From assembly GCA_000004985.1 (NCBI GenBank), contig GG738923.1: a stretch of 64,000 bases of DNA, one strand, 5' to 3'. The stretch comes from Naegleria gruberi. Lineage: Eukaryota. Position numbers and translations under genes: made by a program. Of the stretch, positions 9,758 through 22,781 are shown in pieces. Position 1 is the first letter of the stretch, and every line of letters starts with the position of its first letter. The notes under the pieces were generated by a model, which made no database searches, was not told where the DNA came from, and saw only the letters and a program-made list of their open reading frames with translations.

Positions 9758-12215
9758 TCAACAATTATTAGGAGTGTTTGTTGCAGCAGTACCACTCTTT
9801 CTAATGGAAAGTAGTGCTCTCACAACCAACCATACAGGTGGAATTGACACAACTACAGCGACTGGAATTGCCATAAACGCAAAGAAGGCATAATAATTAT
9901 TGTTACAATTATCACATATTAAGGCAGTTTTGCAATCATTACCAGTGTAAGAAGATGAACATGATGTACAATTAGCTCCTGTCCAATATCCATCGTTGGC
10001 ATTTGACTTGCATTCACATTTATCAAGTGAAACACATGTACCATGTCCTCCACAAACAGTTGTGCCATCTGGAGTACCAAAACATTTCAATTGATCCATT
10101 GTAATTGTACCATTATTGTTTGTATTTGTCAAATTCGTATTGGTTGTATTATTTTGAGAAATAGTGGAATTTAAAGTTGTTCCATTATTAACTAGAGTAG
10201 TATTATCAATTATGGTAGTGTTGTTTGAAACAACTATTGTAGTATTATTATTAACAGTAGTATTATTTGTAGCAGTACTATTATTTACAATAGTAGTATT
10301 ATCAGTAGTAGTGTTTGAAACAATTGTTGTAGTATTATTGTTGTCAATAATGGTAGAATTGTTAGTAGTAGTGGTATTGGAATAGATTGAACTATTAACA
10401 GTTGAAGAATTTGTTACTGAAATAATGATTTCAGAATTGTTGTAAAATAGGGAACAATTCAAACCACTCCAATTATTCTCACAAGTGCAATTATTGAAAG
10501 TAGAGCAAACTCCGTGGCCATTACAAACCATTGGATCGGTACTATTTGAAAGTACATCAAAACACATTGTGGTGGAACAATTTGAACCGAACCATCCACT
10601 GCTACATGAACAATTGTTCATTGATGAACATTGGCCATTACCAGAACACACCAAAGTCTCATTAAATGTAATACCATAACAGGTAATGACTGGTTCAGGT
10701 GCTGAATTTAAGGCTGTCTCACAAAATGTTCCATTATAATCAGAGGTACAATTACAAATGTTTGGTGCTTGACATACACCATGACCATTACAAGCTCTTG
10801 GATCACTTGCATTGACACCATTACATGCAACAGTCTCACATACTGAGCCAATATAACCTGATTCACAGGAGCAAACATCTGTAGAATTACATATTCCATG
10901 TCCACTGCAAACTAATGGATCACTAGCTAATATTCCATTGCATAGACGAGTTGTGGAAATTAGTCGTAAGTAATTATTTCCAGTATCTGAAATGAGCACC
11001 TCTCCAGTGGCAGAACGAACCGAAACAAAATAAGGACCATTAAGCTTGGCACTCGTTGCTTCCATGTTATCACCTCTATCACTTGTACCACCTGCAATCG
11101 TTATAATTGTGCCATTTGACAATATTTTACGAATTCGATGATTATTGGTATCAGCAAGATAAACTTCACCATTCGAATCAATTGCCATTCCATAAACAAC
11201 TGAAAATTTGGCATTCAAAGCATCACCATTATCCCCGCTATATCCACTCACTCCATTTCCAGCAATGCTTACAATAGTTCCATTTGATAACACCTTTCTA
11301 ATCCTATAATTAAGAGTATCACCAAAATACAGTTCAGATTCAGAACTCATAGCCATACTGTAAACGTTCCTTATTTTGGCATTTGTAGCATCAATTCCAT
11401 CTCCATTATAACCTGAAGAACCAGTTCCTACAGCTGTAACAATCGTTCCATTTGTTAAAATCTTTCTAATCCTATAATTATTACTATCAGCAATATAGAG
11501 CTCACCACTTTTAGAATCAACAACAATGGATTGTTTAATTTTGCACTTCTTGCATCGATACCATCTCCATTATAACCTGAGACACCAGTTCCTGCAATGA
11601 TAACCATGGTTCCATTATTAAGAATTTTACGAATGACATGGTTATACGAATCTGCCACAAGTAATTGACCATCGAGATCAGTTGCAATCGAATTAGGTAA
11701 TGCTAATTGAGTATCTGTTGCCAGCCGACCACCTCCATTATTACCATAATTTCCTGTACCTGCAATAGAGTCAATCATTCCATTCTTTGAAATTCTACTA
11801 ATTCTATTACCTTGTGTTTCGGCAACATAAATATCTCCATTCGAATTAAAAAGAGTTCCTCTAGGATTTGTCAATGGAGTGTTAGTTGCCGTAATACCTG
11901 CACAATAAGATGCACTTCCATCACCAGCTAGTGGTGTGATAGTTCCATTGGTTAATACTCTACGAATACTGTGTCTTCCTGAATCTGAAATAATCATTTC
12001 TCCATTAGGGGCAATCAAAATACCTGATGGAATATTCAAGTTGGCACTTGTTGCATCTTGATAATCACCATTGTAACCACTTATGCCAGTTCCAGCAATT
12101 GTAATAATTGTACCATTATTGAAAACGTTACGAATCTATCAGCAATATAAATTTCACCCAATGAATTAATGGCAGTGAATATTGGACCAAACAATGCAGC
12201 TGCTCGACCATCATG
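9758..12215 (-). CDS. Type I membrane protein: NHL-repeat propeller + EGF/tenascin-like Cys repeats + Thr/Asn-rich mucin-like region + TM (two frameshifts; possible pseudogene)
   Basis: The N-terminal part (higher coordinates) holds the NHL repeats. EGF-like CNGHGVC repeats lie at about 10470-10950. NxT-rich low complexity lies at about 10100-10450. A TM helix (AFFAFMAIPVAVVVSIPPVWLVV) is near 9830-9900. The reading frame breaks at about 11548 (1 nt) and about 12137 (13 nt missing relative to paralogous repeats). Confidence 0.65.
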
Positions 12216-12264
12216 TTTGGAAGAATTAAAATTGACTGTGAAATCAAAAGTTAACTGTTTTTAT

Positions 12265-13236
<972 letters not shown>

Positions 13237-13544
13237 TCAATGATGGGTACTTGTATTAATAGGTTATTGGACGTTAAAAATAGAATTAATGGCGGTTTGC
13301 TGTTACAACGTGAGTTCATCCTCGCTTCAGCACGTTTAGATTGAAGAGATTCAACTCCACATCCATATTCGCTTTCAATCCATTAATACACTATTGCCAT
13401 TTTACACAACCAATCAACTTTTAACATCATCAACCTCATTACTTCAATCGATTGGATGAGAGAGATATGGTAAGGTAATAATCCATTTTCCTTCCAATGC
13501 TGTTGTATTAGATATGATACCAATTAGTTACTAACTGAACAAGT

Positions 13545-15026
13545 TTAATCGCCACTCAAATTTAAAATCTTATTCTTGATGGCAGTATCGATAGCATTCA
13601 AATATTGAGACAAATCTACAGAGCCATTAATGTGATTAAGATAGAAAGCATGAGAAAGGAATGGAAGTTTTCTCAGAGATCTTCCACTCAAACCCTCACA
13701 ACTCTCTGCAATTTCTTTCAGCTTTAATGCATAGGAATTTTCTGGTGCCTCCTTATCTGTCCATTTTGGTATTATTACATTTGGTTTGATAACTGAAACT
13801 CTCATCAACTCTACAAGGCATGATCTCAAAATTGAATATCTTCCCTTAGCGGAAGGTGGTCCAATATATTGCTTAATATCTGCTCGATCAACAAATGCCA
13901 AATCAATTGCCTCTGTAATGTTTGATGTTGTTAAAATGAGGACATTCTTATACCTCTTCAATTGATCCAATTGTGTTAATAGAGCATTTACAACTCTGAT
14001 ACTATCTGAAGGCTCACTTCCTGAAAGAGCACTCTTTCTGGCAGCCGTCAGTGATTCAACTTCGTCCATCAAAACACATACAAATGATTCCTCATCTTCT
14101 ACAATTTCGAATATTTTCTTGAATAATTTCATTACTAGTTTTCCACTTTCACTAAACCATTTTGAGAATAAACTGTGTGAATTAATTTCTATTAATGTAC
14201 CTCCTGATGGATATCTGTGTGACATTCTAATTGCCAGTTTCTGGGCCAATCCTTTACATAAAGATGTCTTTTATACACGAGTTAATTTATCAATAAATCA
14301 TAAAACTAACCTTTCCTAATAATAATTGTCAAAACACATTTGAAAAATAATGTAAAACAAACCTGTTCCTAATTAATGTGTTAAAAATTCAATTAAATTC
14401 AAAATACAAACCTGGAGGTCCATAGAGTAACACAACTCTATTCCAACTAATTAAATTTTGGTCAACACCCAAATCAGAAAAACGCATTGTTGTTGCAGCA
14501 TATTCCAATAAATTATATTTTACATTTTCATCAAAAATCAAACTTTCCCACAATCCATCAAATGAATCATTAGGAAGTGTCGATTGTTTACAAGCAGTAA
14601 CCTCTTCAACATCACCTCCCTCATCTGTTGTTTCCTCTATTGGTTCTTCATCAGTAGATTTAAAAACATGAATTATAAAAGTTACGTCTTGGTTAAATAG
14701 AATTGGTCCATTGTAGGCTGGATGTTGTTCCAAATCCACAATTTTAATTTGTTTAACATGTTTTACAATTAATTCTTCCCTTTCCGAAAGTTGGTGTTGT
14801 TGATTATTCTCGGAAGATAATGAAGATAATTGTATTGGAATGATTCCGTCCTGTATAATTGGCCTCCTATTGATAATCATCTCATGTACAGCATCTTGAA
14901 TAAGTTTAGGTTTGACAGTACTTTGTTGTTTTAGACAAACTATATAATTGTTAGCCAGCCTTTAAAATGATGACAATTTTCACTTTACTCACCTTCAATA
15001 TGAACTGGTGGAAGACTTGCTTGCAT
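13545..15026 (-). CDS. TRIP13/Pch2 AAA+ ATPase (pachytene checkpoint protein 2 homologue), at least 5 exons
   Basis: Collinear similarity to TRIP13 runs from [25 protein letters not shown] through [11 protein letters not shown]...[19 protein letters not shown]...[13 protein letters not shown]...ILTTSN...[14 protein letters not shown]. The first exon is [11 protein letters not shown] (15026-14993). The P-loop is split by micro-exons; see findings. Confidence 0.85.
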
Positions 15027-15110
15027 TTTATTTAATTTTACAAAACAAGTTCAGCCTGGATTGAAATTTGAGGAAGACAGATATTGTGTGTGAATTGTAT
15101 AGAGACTGAT

Positions 15111-17640
15111 TTATTGACTTGTTTCTCCTTCATTCAGTATATCAAATAAATTAAAGTTGACCTTGTATCTTGAAGTGGGATTGGGTGTTTCTATTGATTT
15201 TTGATTCATCATTTCGCTCATTGTTATAGTAGATGGCAATGAAAGAGTATTCATGTCTAGTATTGAGTGGCTCAGACTCAATTTGGATTGATTGGTTTTC
15301 TTTTGTTGCTTTACGACTGGCTCTGGTTCCTTTCTAAAATTTTGTTCAATATACTGTTCTGCCTCTGAATTCAACTCATTGTAATTGGTTTTGACTCTCA
15401 GTATTTTACCGTCAATATCACCAGCAAATATTTCATCTTTTTCTTCATCAAACGAAACTGTAGAGAATTCTGCCTTCTTATCTTCAAATCTGAATAATAT
15501 ATCCTGAGAACCCTTTTCTGCATTAAATCTCCAAACTTCAACTCTTCCCTCTTTAAACCAACTCATAAGTCTTCCATTTCCAGCATAACACATTCCTAGA
15601 ACTGCACCTGTGTCACTCTCCAAAGAAGCTAATTTCTCCCTAGTATTTACATTCCACAAACCAATTGTCTGGTCTTCACTTGCAGTGAAGAGAAAGTTAC
15701 CATCAAGAACCATTGACACAACAGCACTCTTGTGACCACTTTCCTCATTGTTTTTCCTTTTAGCTTTGATTTCACCAACCAGAGGAATGTCGTCTTCAAT
15801 TGCCCAAAATCGAATCATACCATCATTTCCTCCCGTGATGACAGTCTTATCCATAGGATTGAAAACTAGGCATAGAATTTCTCTATTGTGAGCATTTTGT
15901 TTCACTTTGAAAACAGGATTCTGCTTTTCAAATAAAAACCTAGATAAATCGCAGACAGCAAATGACCCATCAAAACTTGCCGTCACTAATACTAGACATT
16001 CTTTCTTCTCACCTCCAAAGAACTTATTGTTTGTTAATCTTCTTGGAGAAAAAATTGTGGGTTTAGATCGGTCCAAAGAAACATTGGCCTTAATGATATT
16101 ATACACGGAGTTTTGATGTAGTTTAATATCTACGTACTCCCTTCCTCTTTCCAAATTCCATAGTGTGATGTGACCACTATCATGTCCAGTACATCCAATG
16201 CCATCATCCACATAAATGAAAGATGTAATTTCTGTTTTGTCACCTTTTGGAGTGTATTTGATATTATCGAGAGGTTTCATGTCAAACTTTGAAACTTCCC
16301 ATATAACAATTTTGTTATCAGAACCTGCAGTGATGAGACGAGCAGTTGCTGTCCTTTTAGTATTCAGCCCAATCCCAACAATTGCATCAGTGTGATATTT
16401 GTGTTCCTTATGAGGAATATTTCTTTCTATCGAAAATGTTTGAACTCCATTCCTTCCTGAAACAATTATCTTTTTAGTAAAGAAAGATAAACATGTTGGT
16501 TCCTTTCCAAAATAAAATGATAACGATGTTTCACCAGTTCTATACTGGTAAATATCTACCTTTCCAGATTCTGTAACTGTTATCAACTCCTCATGTTCGT
16601 CATCCCAATCCATTCCACAAATTCTTTCATCTCTCGTAAATTTGCTGAATACTGTTTTTCCACTGTAATCTGTAAATTTAACTACATTGTCAAAACCAGT
16701 TGACACCATCATATTGCTTCCTTGCAACATTAAGATGTTGGTTATACCCTTATCTCTCATTTTTAATTTGTACATTAACTTGACATCCACTATTGATTTT
16801 CTATCTCTTAATTCTCCAATTGTTTTATATACATAACAAGTTCCCTTCATCGTTCCTACTACTATTTCTCCTTGTTCTCCTGATAAGTCCTCGGGAGAAG
16901 CCCACAATGCACTAATCCATGCATCGCAATCTGTCAATGTTTTAAAACATGAAAACCAAGGTATTAAATTGAGTTTCTTCCTCTCTCTATCTGGTTTCCA
17001 AATTTTTACTAACATATCCGAACTTCCAGATATTATCAAATCGAAATGAAATGCCAGACTTGTTACAGGTTTTACATGAGAAAACATTGCTGTTAAGATT
17101 TCATACCGTTATTCAAATATTCAAGTTACTACCTACTCTGAAGGCATGAATTCTCTGCAAGATATTTTCCAAAAGGATCAAATACTAAGCAAGTTTTTTA
17201 ATTTAATTTGGTACAAAATCCTTACCTTTCATTGAATGGTCAACACAACCAGTTACTATTAACTCGAGAAATGGATGATACATTATACAAAGAACAGCTG
17301 CTGAGTGGGTTCCGAGCTTGACATGTTTTCCTACTACTTTTTCATCCCCCACTGGATTACTGTCATAGTTCCAATATACAACCTCTCCTCTTGCTGATGT
17401 TGTGAGAGTAATCATTAAATCATGCTATTCAACATATCTACATACCATTTCCTGCAAATATTATTAGTTTGCCATCCCTCTCAACACACGTATGACAAAG
17501 AAACCTAGGGAATTGTTGATTTGCTCTCTTTCCGAAATGTTGTGGTTGAGAATTGGGAAGAGTAAACTGTATTAATCCATAAAAACAATATAATAATCGT
17601 TAAATTTGTGATGATGCTTACATTCTTCCCCTGAGCAATA
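15111..17640 (-). CDS. WD40-repeat protein (main exon 15111..17087; upstream exons to about 17640, N-terminus uncertain)
   Basis: The 658-aa ORF has multiple WD-like repeats (...GHxSxVxS..., TGGNDGMIRFW, ASEDQTIGLW). An additional WD-like exon lies at 17203..17415 (LIVTGCVDHS). Confidence 0.7.
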
Positions 17641-17912
17641 TTCATTTTTTTCAAGTTGGAAAATCTTTTTTTAATCAGTAGTTGGAATTGGCGGCAAGAA
17701 TCTAGCAGCAATTTAATAAGGCAAAAATACCGCCAAGATCCAATCACCAAAAAAATCAAATCTTTATTCATAAAGGAAGTTCTCTATCGATACATGCTTG
17801 AATGGATTGCATGGCCAAAAGGGTTTAAAGAAATGTATTAGTGGTCCAAAAATTTTAAATCCCATGGCCATGCAAGCATGTACCTGCAAAATTACGACCA
17901 TGAGATGTTTTG

Positions 17913-19510
17913 TTAATTCTTTTTAGAATAGTCGTAGTATGACCAAACTAAACTTGGATTTAGAGCTTCTTTAGCTTTGAGGAGGTTCATCTTTTTCTGT
18001 TTTTCAATCTTTTTGAAATATTTCTGAGCTAGAAATATTGAATGTAAGTAAGCATGCATGCATGGAGTAGAATATATTGGGATGGTTTGGAAAGATGTAT
18101 TAAGTGGTCAGCATGAGTAAATGTTGAAATAAAATACTTACCATGAGAAGCTACTTGTGATCTCACTCTGCTTTTAATATACTTATTGGCAATGAGTTCC
18201 CAATTTCTTCCAGCCTCTTTCAAACCAAGTAAAAACATCTCATGTTCTTCCTTACTCCAAGTTCCGTGATTAATTTGCACATCTCCAGTTTCTGAGGTTG
18301 TAATTTTCTTATAGGGAGAGCATCTCATCATGGTTTCTTCTAATGTTACATCCTCAATTGATTCATCAGAATCCTCCTCATTGTGTAAAGGGCTAGATGA
18401 ATCCTCTTCATACAAATTTCCCTGTTGAGTTGGAGATGATTTCTTACCAGTTTCAGTATCCAATTTTTTCAATTGTTTTGTTGGCAGATGAAAATCTTGA
18501 GTAGTAGAATTTAAAGAATTACTAGATGCATGACCAACTCGTGAAGATGTAATGAATGTATCATTAATCTTTGGTTTTGCTATTCTACTACTAGTAGTAT
18601 TAACATTGGAGATTGGAAATTGAACCATTGAAGGTGATGGAACTACATGCAAAATTGGAGAATGCAATAATGGAGAGGTAGGGAGTACAGAAGCATGCAT
18701 TCTCGTATTTGCTCCATTTTGAAGATGACTGGCAATAGATGCATTCGGTGGATGATGAATGTGTGTAGATGATGAGGAAGAAGCCAAAGATGATGAGGAT
18801 GGAATTGAAGGAAATACAGTTGTGGGTTGGTGTACTCCAGAATCCACAACATTAATGGCTTCGTAATTGGTGGAAAGTGGATAGGATGGCTCAAAGATTT
18901 TCTTTGACTGGACAAAAGTGGACGTTCTTGGTTCGATGGCATCGTTCATAGGATGCTTGTGTGACAACATTTGGGAGGTCTTGTTATGATCAATGACAGC
19001 TAGCTTGCTGTTGGGTTTGAAAATTGTTGACATGCATACTAATGGATCTAGGGATGGTTCGTATAAAGTAAATTGTGGCTCAATACATGACAAGTATGCA
19101 TGTATTGGTGGTTTTTGTGATGGATACTCTGGTGCCATGTGAATGATGTCTTGATTATTGAAAGAGAATGGTGGTAGTGTTTGATGTTCTTCATGTACAT
19201 TGGATGAAAATTGTTTCTCACCATTTGAAGGTTCTTGTTCTTCTTGTTGTTGGGGAGGATAATCTTCAAGCTTAGGATTAATGGGATTATTATTATGCTG
19301 CAGTGGATAATTGGCACATGTGACGGCAGTTGTGCAACTATTACTTGATGTGTTGTTGGAGGTGATGATGGGTGTTTGAGCAATATCTTGTATCACAGAA
19401 CACTTCATGTTGTTGTTGTTCTTGTAATTGTTTAAAGTAGTTGGATGATGAGAAGTGGTTTGCTGCTCAGGTTTGTTATAGGATGGTGGTGATGCATTCA
19501 ACATGGTCAA
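17913..19510 (-). CDS. MYB-like transcription factor, SHAQKYF class (2 exons; intron 18029-18141)
   Basis: After a long S/P/H/N-rich low-complexity N-terminus, the C-terminal Myb repeat reads WSKEEHEMFLLGLKEAGRNWELIANKYIKSRVRSQVASH. An intron then interrupts the motif, leaving a G before a GTAAGT donor; this joins AQKYF, giving SHAQKYF. The stop TAA is revcomp 17913-17915. Confidence 0.75.
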
Positions 19511-20621
19511 TGATTCTATGGCTAGCTGCTATTGTTGTTGAGTATAATTATTGGTGGATATATAAAGAGATGATGAAGGCTTTCAGATTAAATCTTGGAC
19601 TAAATACTTGATGATGGTAGTATCTTAGCACACAAGTATTTGTAGTAAAATTTGATAAATAGTAAAATTTGTTGATGGATGGCAGAGAAGCTTTGTCTAT
19701 TTTGAAAATATTGGAGGGCGATATCACAAATGAAAAGAAATTATGCAAATACCAATACCAGAATCAGATGGTTGGAAGATTTGCTGGTAATATTAATGTA
19801 GTAGTGCCAAAGATTTCTTCCTTCTCTTCAAAGAAGAGGAGCATCAATAAAGCTAGAAGGTCCACTGTTGTTGATTTTTAATGATGAAAGACAAAAAGAA
19901 TCGGCACGAACATCCAACAATGCAGCCAACCAAAAAACAACAATGGCGACTCCTTAGAGAATGTGATTTTTTGCAATCATGAAACTGTTTCGCATCAATT
20001 TCGCACCACACGCCCAATAAGTATTCATGATCTTATTAATGTTATGAGAGAATCCACGATTTTTGTACCAAAAACAATTAATGGCTGAGGAAAGTTCAAT
20101 GAATGTGCCTTTTTCTTAGTGCCATTAGTTAGTGAAATGACGTACTGCATTTGTGTTGTTGGCCAATAATTACGCTGAAACCTCCGCTCTCTAATCACCA
20201 TAAAGGTAAGAGCTAGCATTGTTTCAAGGGGCACCCTTGTTGTTTGTATCCCAAATCTCAATATATAACTTATGGCGTTATCTGTGGATTGCTCCCAAAA
20301 CTCACATACAATGGATTATTGTTGCAAACAACGAACCAAACAACATCTATGAAAATAATGAGGATGTGCTTTTGTTGTGTCACCGGGCCATTCTCAAACA
20401 AGCTAATTTCTCGCATGCTCAAATATGTCAATCATGCAACAATTTCGTAATTGTGCAACTGTAAATGCTGATCAGCACAAACTTTTGCTAAGTACTTTGA
20501 ATGCCAAATAAAGACATGGTCTCCTTATGTCCTCAATAATTTCAATTTCCCTTACCGTTTTGCATATATAATCGAGTTCAAATTTATCAACATCAGGTAT
20601 TTATTTTCATTATGAATGTAA

Positions 20622-20695
20622 GCCGTCATAGCTCAGTTGGATAGAGCACAGGACTTCTAATCCTGGGGTCGTGGGTTCGAGCCCCATTGTCGGTA
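20622..20695 (+). tRNA. tRNA-Arg (anticodon UCU)
   Basis: The cloverleaf reads GCCGTCA-TA-GCTC-AGTTGGATA-GAGC-A-CAGGA-CTTCTAA-TCCTG-GGGTC-GTGGG-TTCGAGC-CCCAT-TGTCGGT-A. It has the GTTCGAG T-loop and anticodon loop CT-TCT-AA. The acceptor stem has one U-U mismatch (positions 5-68) and one G-U pair. Confidence 0.8.
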
Positions 20696-20699
20696 AATC

Positions 20700-20712
20700 T
20701 TTTTGTTTTTTT
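20700..20712 (+). terminator. Pol III oligo-T terminator after tRNA
   Basis: The run tttttgttttttt lies immediately 3' of the tRNA. Confidence 0.7.
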
Positions 20713-20775
20713 CACAATTTTAATAATTATTATTTTAGTTTTTGTTTAAATAGTATTAGTCAAAATTAAATGTTA

Positions 20776-22353
20776 TTAAATGTGATTATTAATGTCTATT
20801 GAAAACAGATCAATCATTGCATTAAACAGTTGACCATCCTTCAAATTCTTCATTGTAAAATATCCTTTCATAAAGCCAATCTCCTCCTCAGTTTCTGTAC
20901 ATGAATTGTAAGTAAACACTGATCCTGGTGTAACTGTTGGATACAATCCAACAACACCTGGTCCATCCACAACTTCAGGAGTCTCATTTTGCACATCAGA
21001 AGTTAAATAAATCTCCCAATGTCTACTCACTAATTTACACGAATTCTGAGTGCTTTCATTCTTGTCCATTGTAATCTTAATTCTATAGGAAAAGTAATAG
21101 TGTACTTCTTCAGGTGAGTATCGAGAAAGTTCTGGAACGAGTAGAGACTGACAGTAAATCTTAACTCCATTCGTTGTAGTTTCTGAACCAAAATTCTTGG
21201 TTGGGAATCTATTAATGCTTCCATCAGGCTCAAAATCAAACAAATTGAGTATTGTCAAATTATTGACATAGGTTTCGAACCAATTGGAGAATGAATCTGA
21301 GAAAATCATTGGGTAATTGTTACCACTCATTTGATAGATAGTACCCTTCTTAATTGAAACTTCCAAAACATCATCTGTAATATCTTGAGAGGCACACAAC
21401 ACTGCACAGTAAGAGTTCAATATGATTGGATATGAACTTGCAAGGCAAATATTGTTTGATTTTTTCAACATTTCTGAATAGTGCATCAAATTGTCAAATC
21501 CCAATAATGGTAAACGAGCTTGATAATCATAAAATCCATATCCTCCAAAGAAGGCATAATTCTTATTTTTCAAATCTAATTGACCATCTGTTAACAAGTA
21601 AAGTTGAGTGTATTCGAAACATGTTCCAATTTCACAAAGCTTAATCTTCTTTGCCTCGATAGAATCCAATAAATTATGACCCTCCGAGAATGAAATACTA
21701 TTAGCAATGAGTGGAGAATGAACAGAAAGATAAACCTCCATTTGATTCAACAATTTTCTCATTTTACAATGCTTCTTGCATCCATCCTCAATATCAATAT
21801 TCAATTCGCCAATATACATTTCATAATAATATCTGAATAACAATTTAAATACATCTTCTTGTTCCAATCCTCCTCCAATTTTAGTAAATAATAATTCAAT
21901 TGTTTCCGACCATCTTTTCAAAATATTATTAATTCCATAATGTTTGTATTTGGACACAACAATGCACCGATCATTTTGTCTAATAATTTTCTCTTCATCT
22001 TCTTGTTCAAAGGCTTTGAAACAATCATTCGGAATGTTTTCAAATAATTGTTCAAGTTTCAAGCCAGATCCGATTACAATCTTATTTGCATCTTGAATCA
22101 CAATATTAGGAAGTGAAAAGTAGGATTGGCACTTGCTCTTCCAAACTATTTGGCTCCTCTCAATTTGATGCAATACGGAATGAACAGAGGAAATTTGTGT
22201 CAAATCCCTCACGTTCATATATTCGAAACAGTGAGTTAGAATTTCCGATGGTAATTGTAGCAGTGGAGCAAGATTAGTACTTGTTAAGTCATCACTCATT
22301 TCAACTTTTTGTTTTTTAGCAGAGGGAAGTAAATCAATCTTATCTGGCACCAT
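20776..22353 (-). CDS. F-box protein with C-terminal ApaG/DUF525 domain (FBXO3/SKIP16-like), 525 aa, single exon
   Basis: The F-box is LQLPSEILTHCFEYMNVRDLTQISSV. The C-terminal ApaG-like segment is GVVGLYPTVTPGSVFTYNSCT...GFMKGYFTM. Confidence 0.75.
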   Translation of the reverse strand: MVPDKIDLLPSAKKQKVEMSDDLTSTNLAPLLQLPSEILTHCFEYMNVRDLTQISSVHSVLHQIERSQIVWKSKCQSYFSLPNIVIQDANKIVIGSGLKLEQLFENIPNDCFKAFEQEDEEKIIRQNDRCIVVSKYKHYGINNILKRWSETIELLFTKIGGGLEQEDVFKLLFRYYYEMYIGELNIDIEDGCKKHCKMRKLLNQMEVYLSVHSPLIANSISFSEGHNLLDSIEAKKIKLCEIGTCFEYTQLYLLTDGQLDLKNKNYAFFGGYGFYDYQARLPLLGFDNLMHYSEMLKKSNNICLASSYPIILNSYCAVLCASQDITDDVLEVSIKKGTIYQMSGNNYPMIFSDSFSNWFETYVNNLTILNLFDFEPDGSINRFPTKNFGSETTTNGVKIYCQSLLVPELSRYSPEEVHYYFSYRIKITMDKNESTQNSCKLVSRHWEIYLTSDVQNETPEVVDGPGVVGLYPTVTPGSVFTYNSCTETEEEIGFMKGYFTMKNLKDGQLFNAMIDLFSIDINNHI

Positions 22354-22781
22354 TTTTTTCTGTTTGAGAATCTTGAGGATTCTTTTGTTCTTTTTAAATA
22401 AATTGAATGCGTTATAAATATCAATAATAATAATTGAAAATTAGAAAGGAAAATGGCTTTATTTTATCAATTAAAAGATTTTTTTTATTGAGGGTTTGAT
22501 TTTGTAAAGAATTTTGTAAAGTAGGTTTTTGTTCCCTTTTACTATCAATCCCAATATGCCAAGTTGCATCTACGTGAACATTAAGCATGAATTTCAAATT
22601 GATAACTACGAACGTGCATGAAATACTAAGGAGATAATACTAATTGGTAAGTACGAAGATTTTTCCAATATTGGATTATTGGACAGTTCATGACAGTTTT
22701 CAAAAAAGTGGCGTATTACAAGTATGTCAACTAAATAGACAAAATAGTGCAACTATAGCTCTCCTCCTTATATATTTTCTC

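Noticed and set aside
10100-10450. Short-period nucleotide repeats (gtagtattattgtt...) that could be mistaken for a satellite or CRISPR-like array
   Set aside because: This is in-frame Thr/Asn/Ile/Val codon low complexity (an NxT glycosylation stalk) inside the NHL-EGF membrane protein. There are no spacer/repeat structure or cas genes, and the context is eukaryotic.
17505-17771. 88-aa ORF upstream of the WD40 gene
   Set aside because: It is hydrophobic and low-complexity and lies within the intron/5'-exon region of the WD40 gene. It is likely not an independent gene.
19548-20464. Several 60-80-aa ORFs in the 1.2-kb interval between the MYB gene and the tRNA
   Set aside because: They have no domain signal and are mutually overlapping. 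The interval is more plausibly promoter or intergenic DNA.
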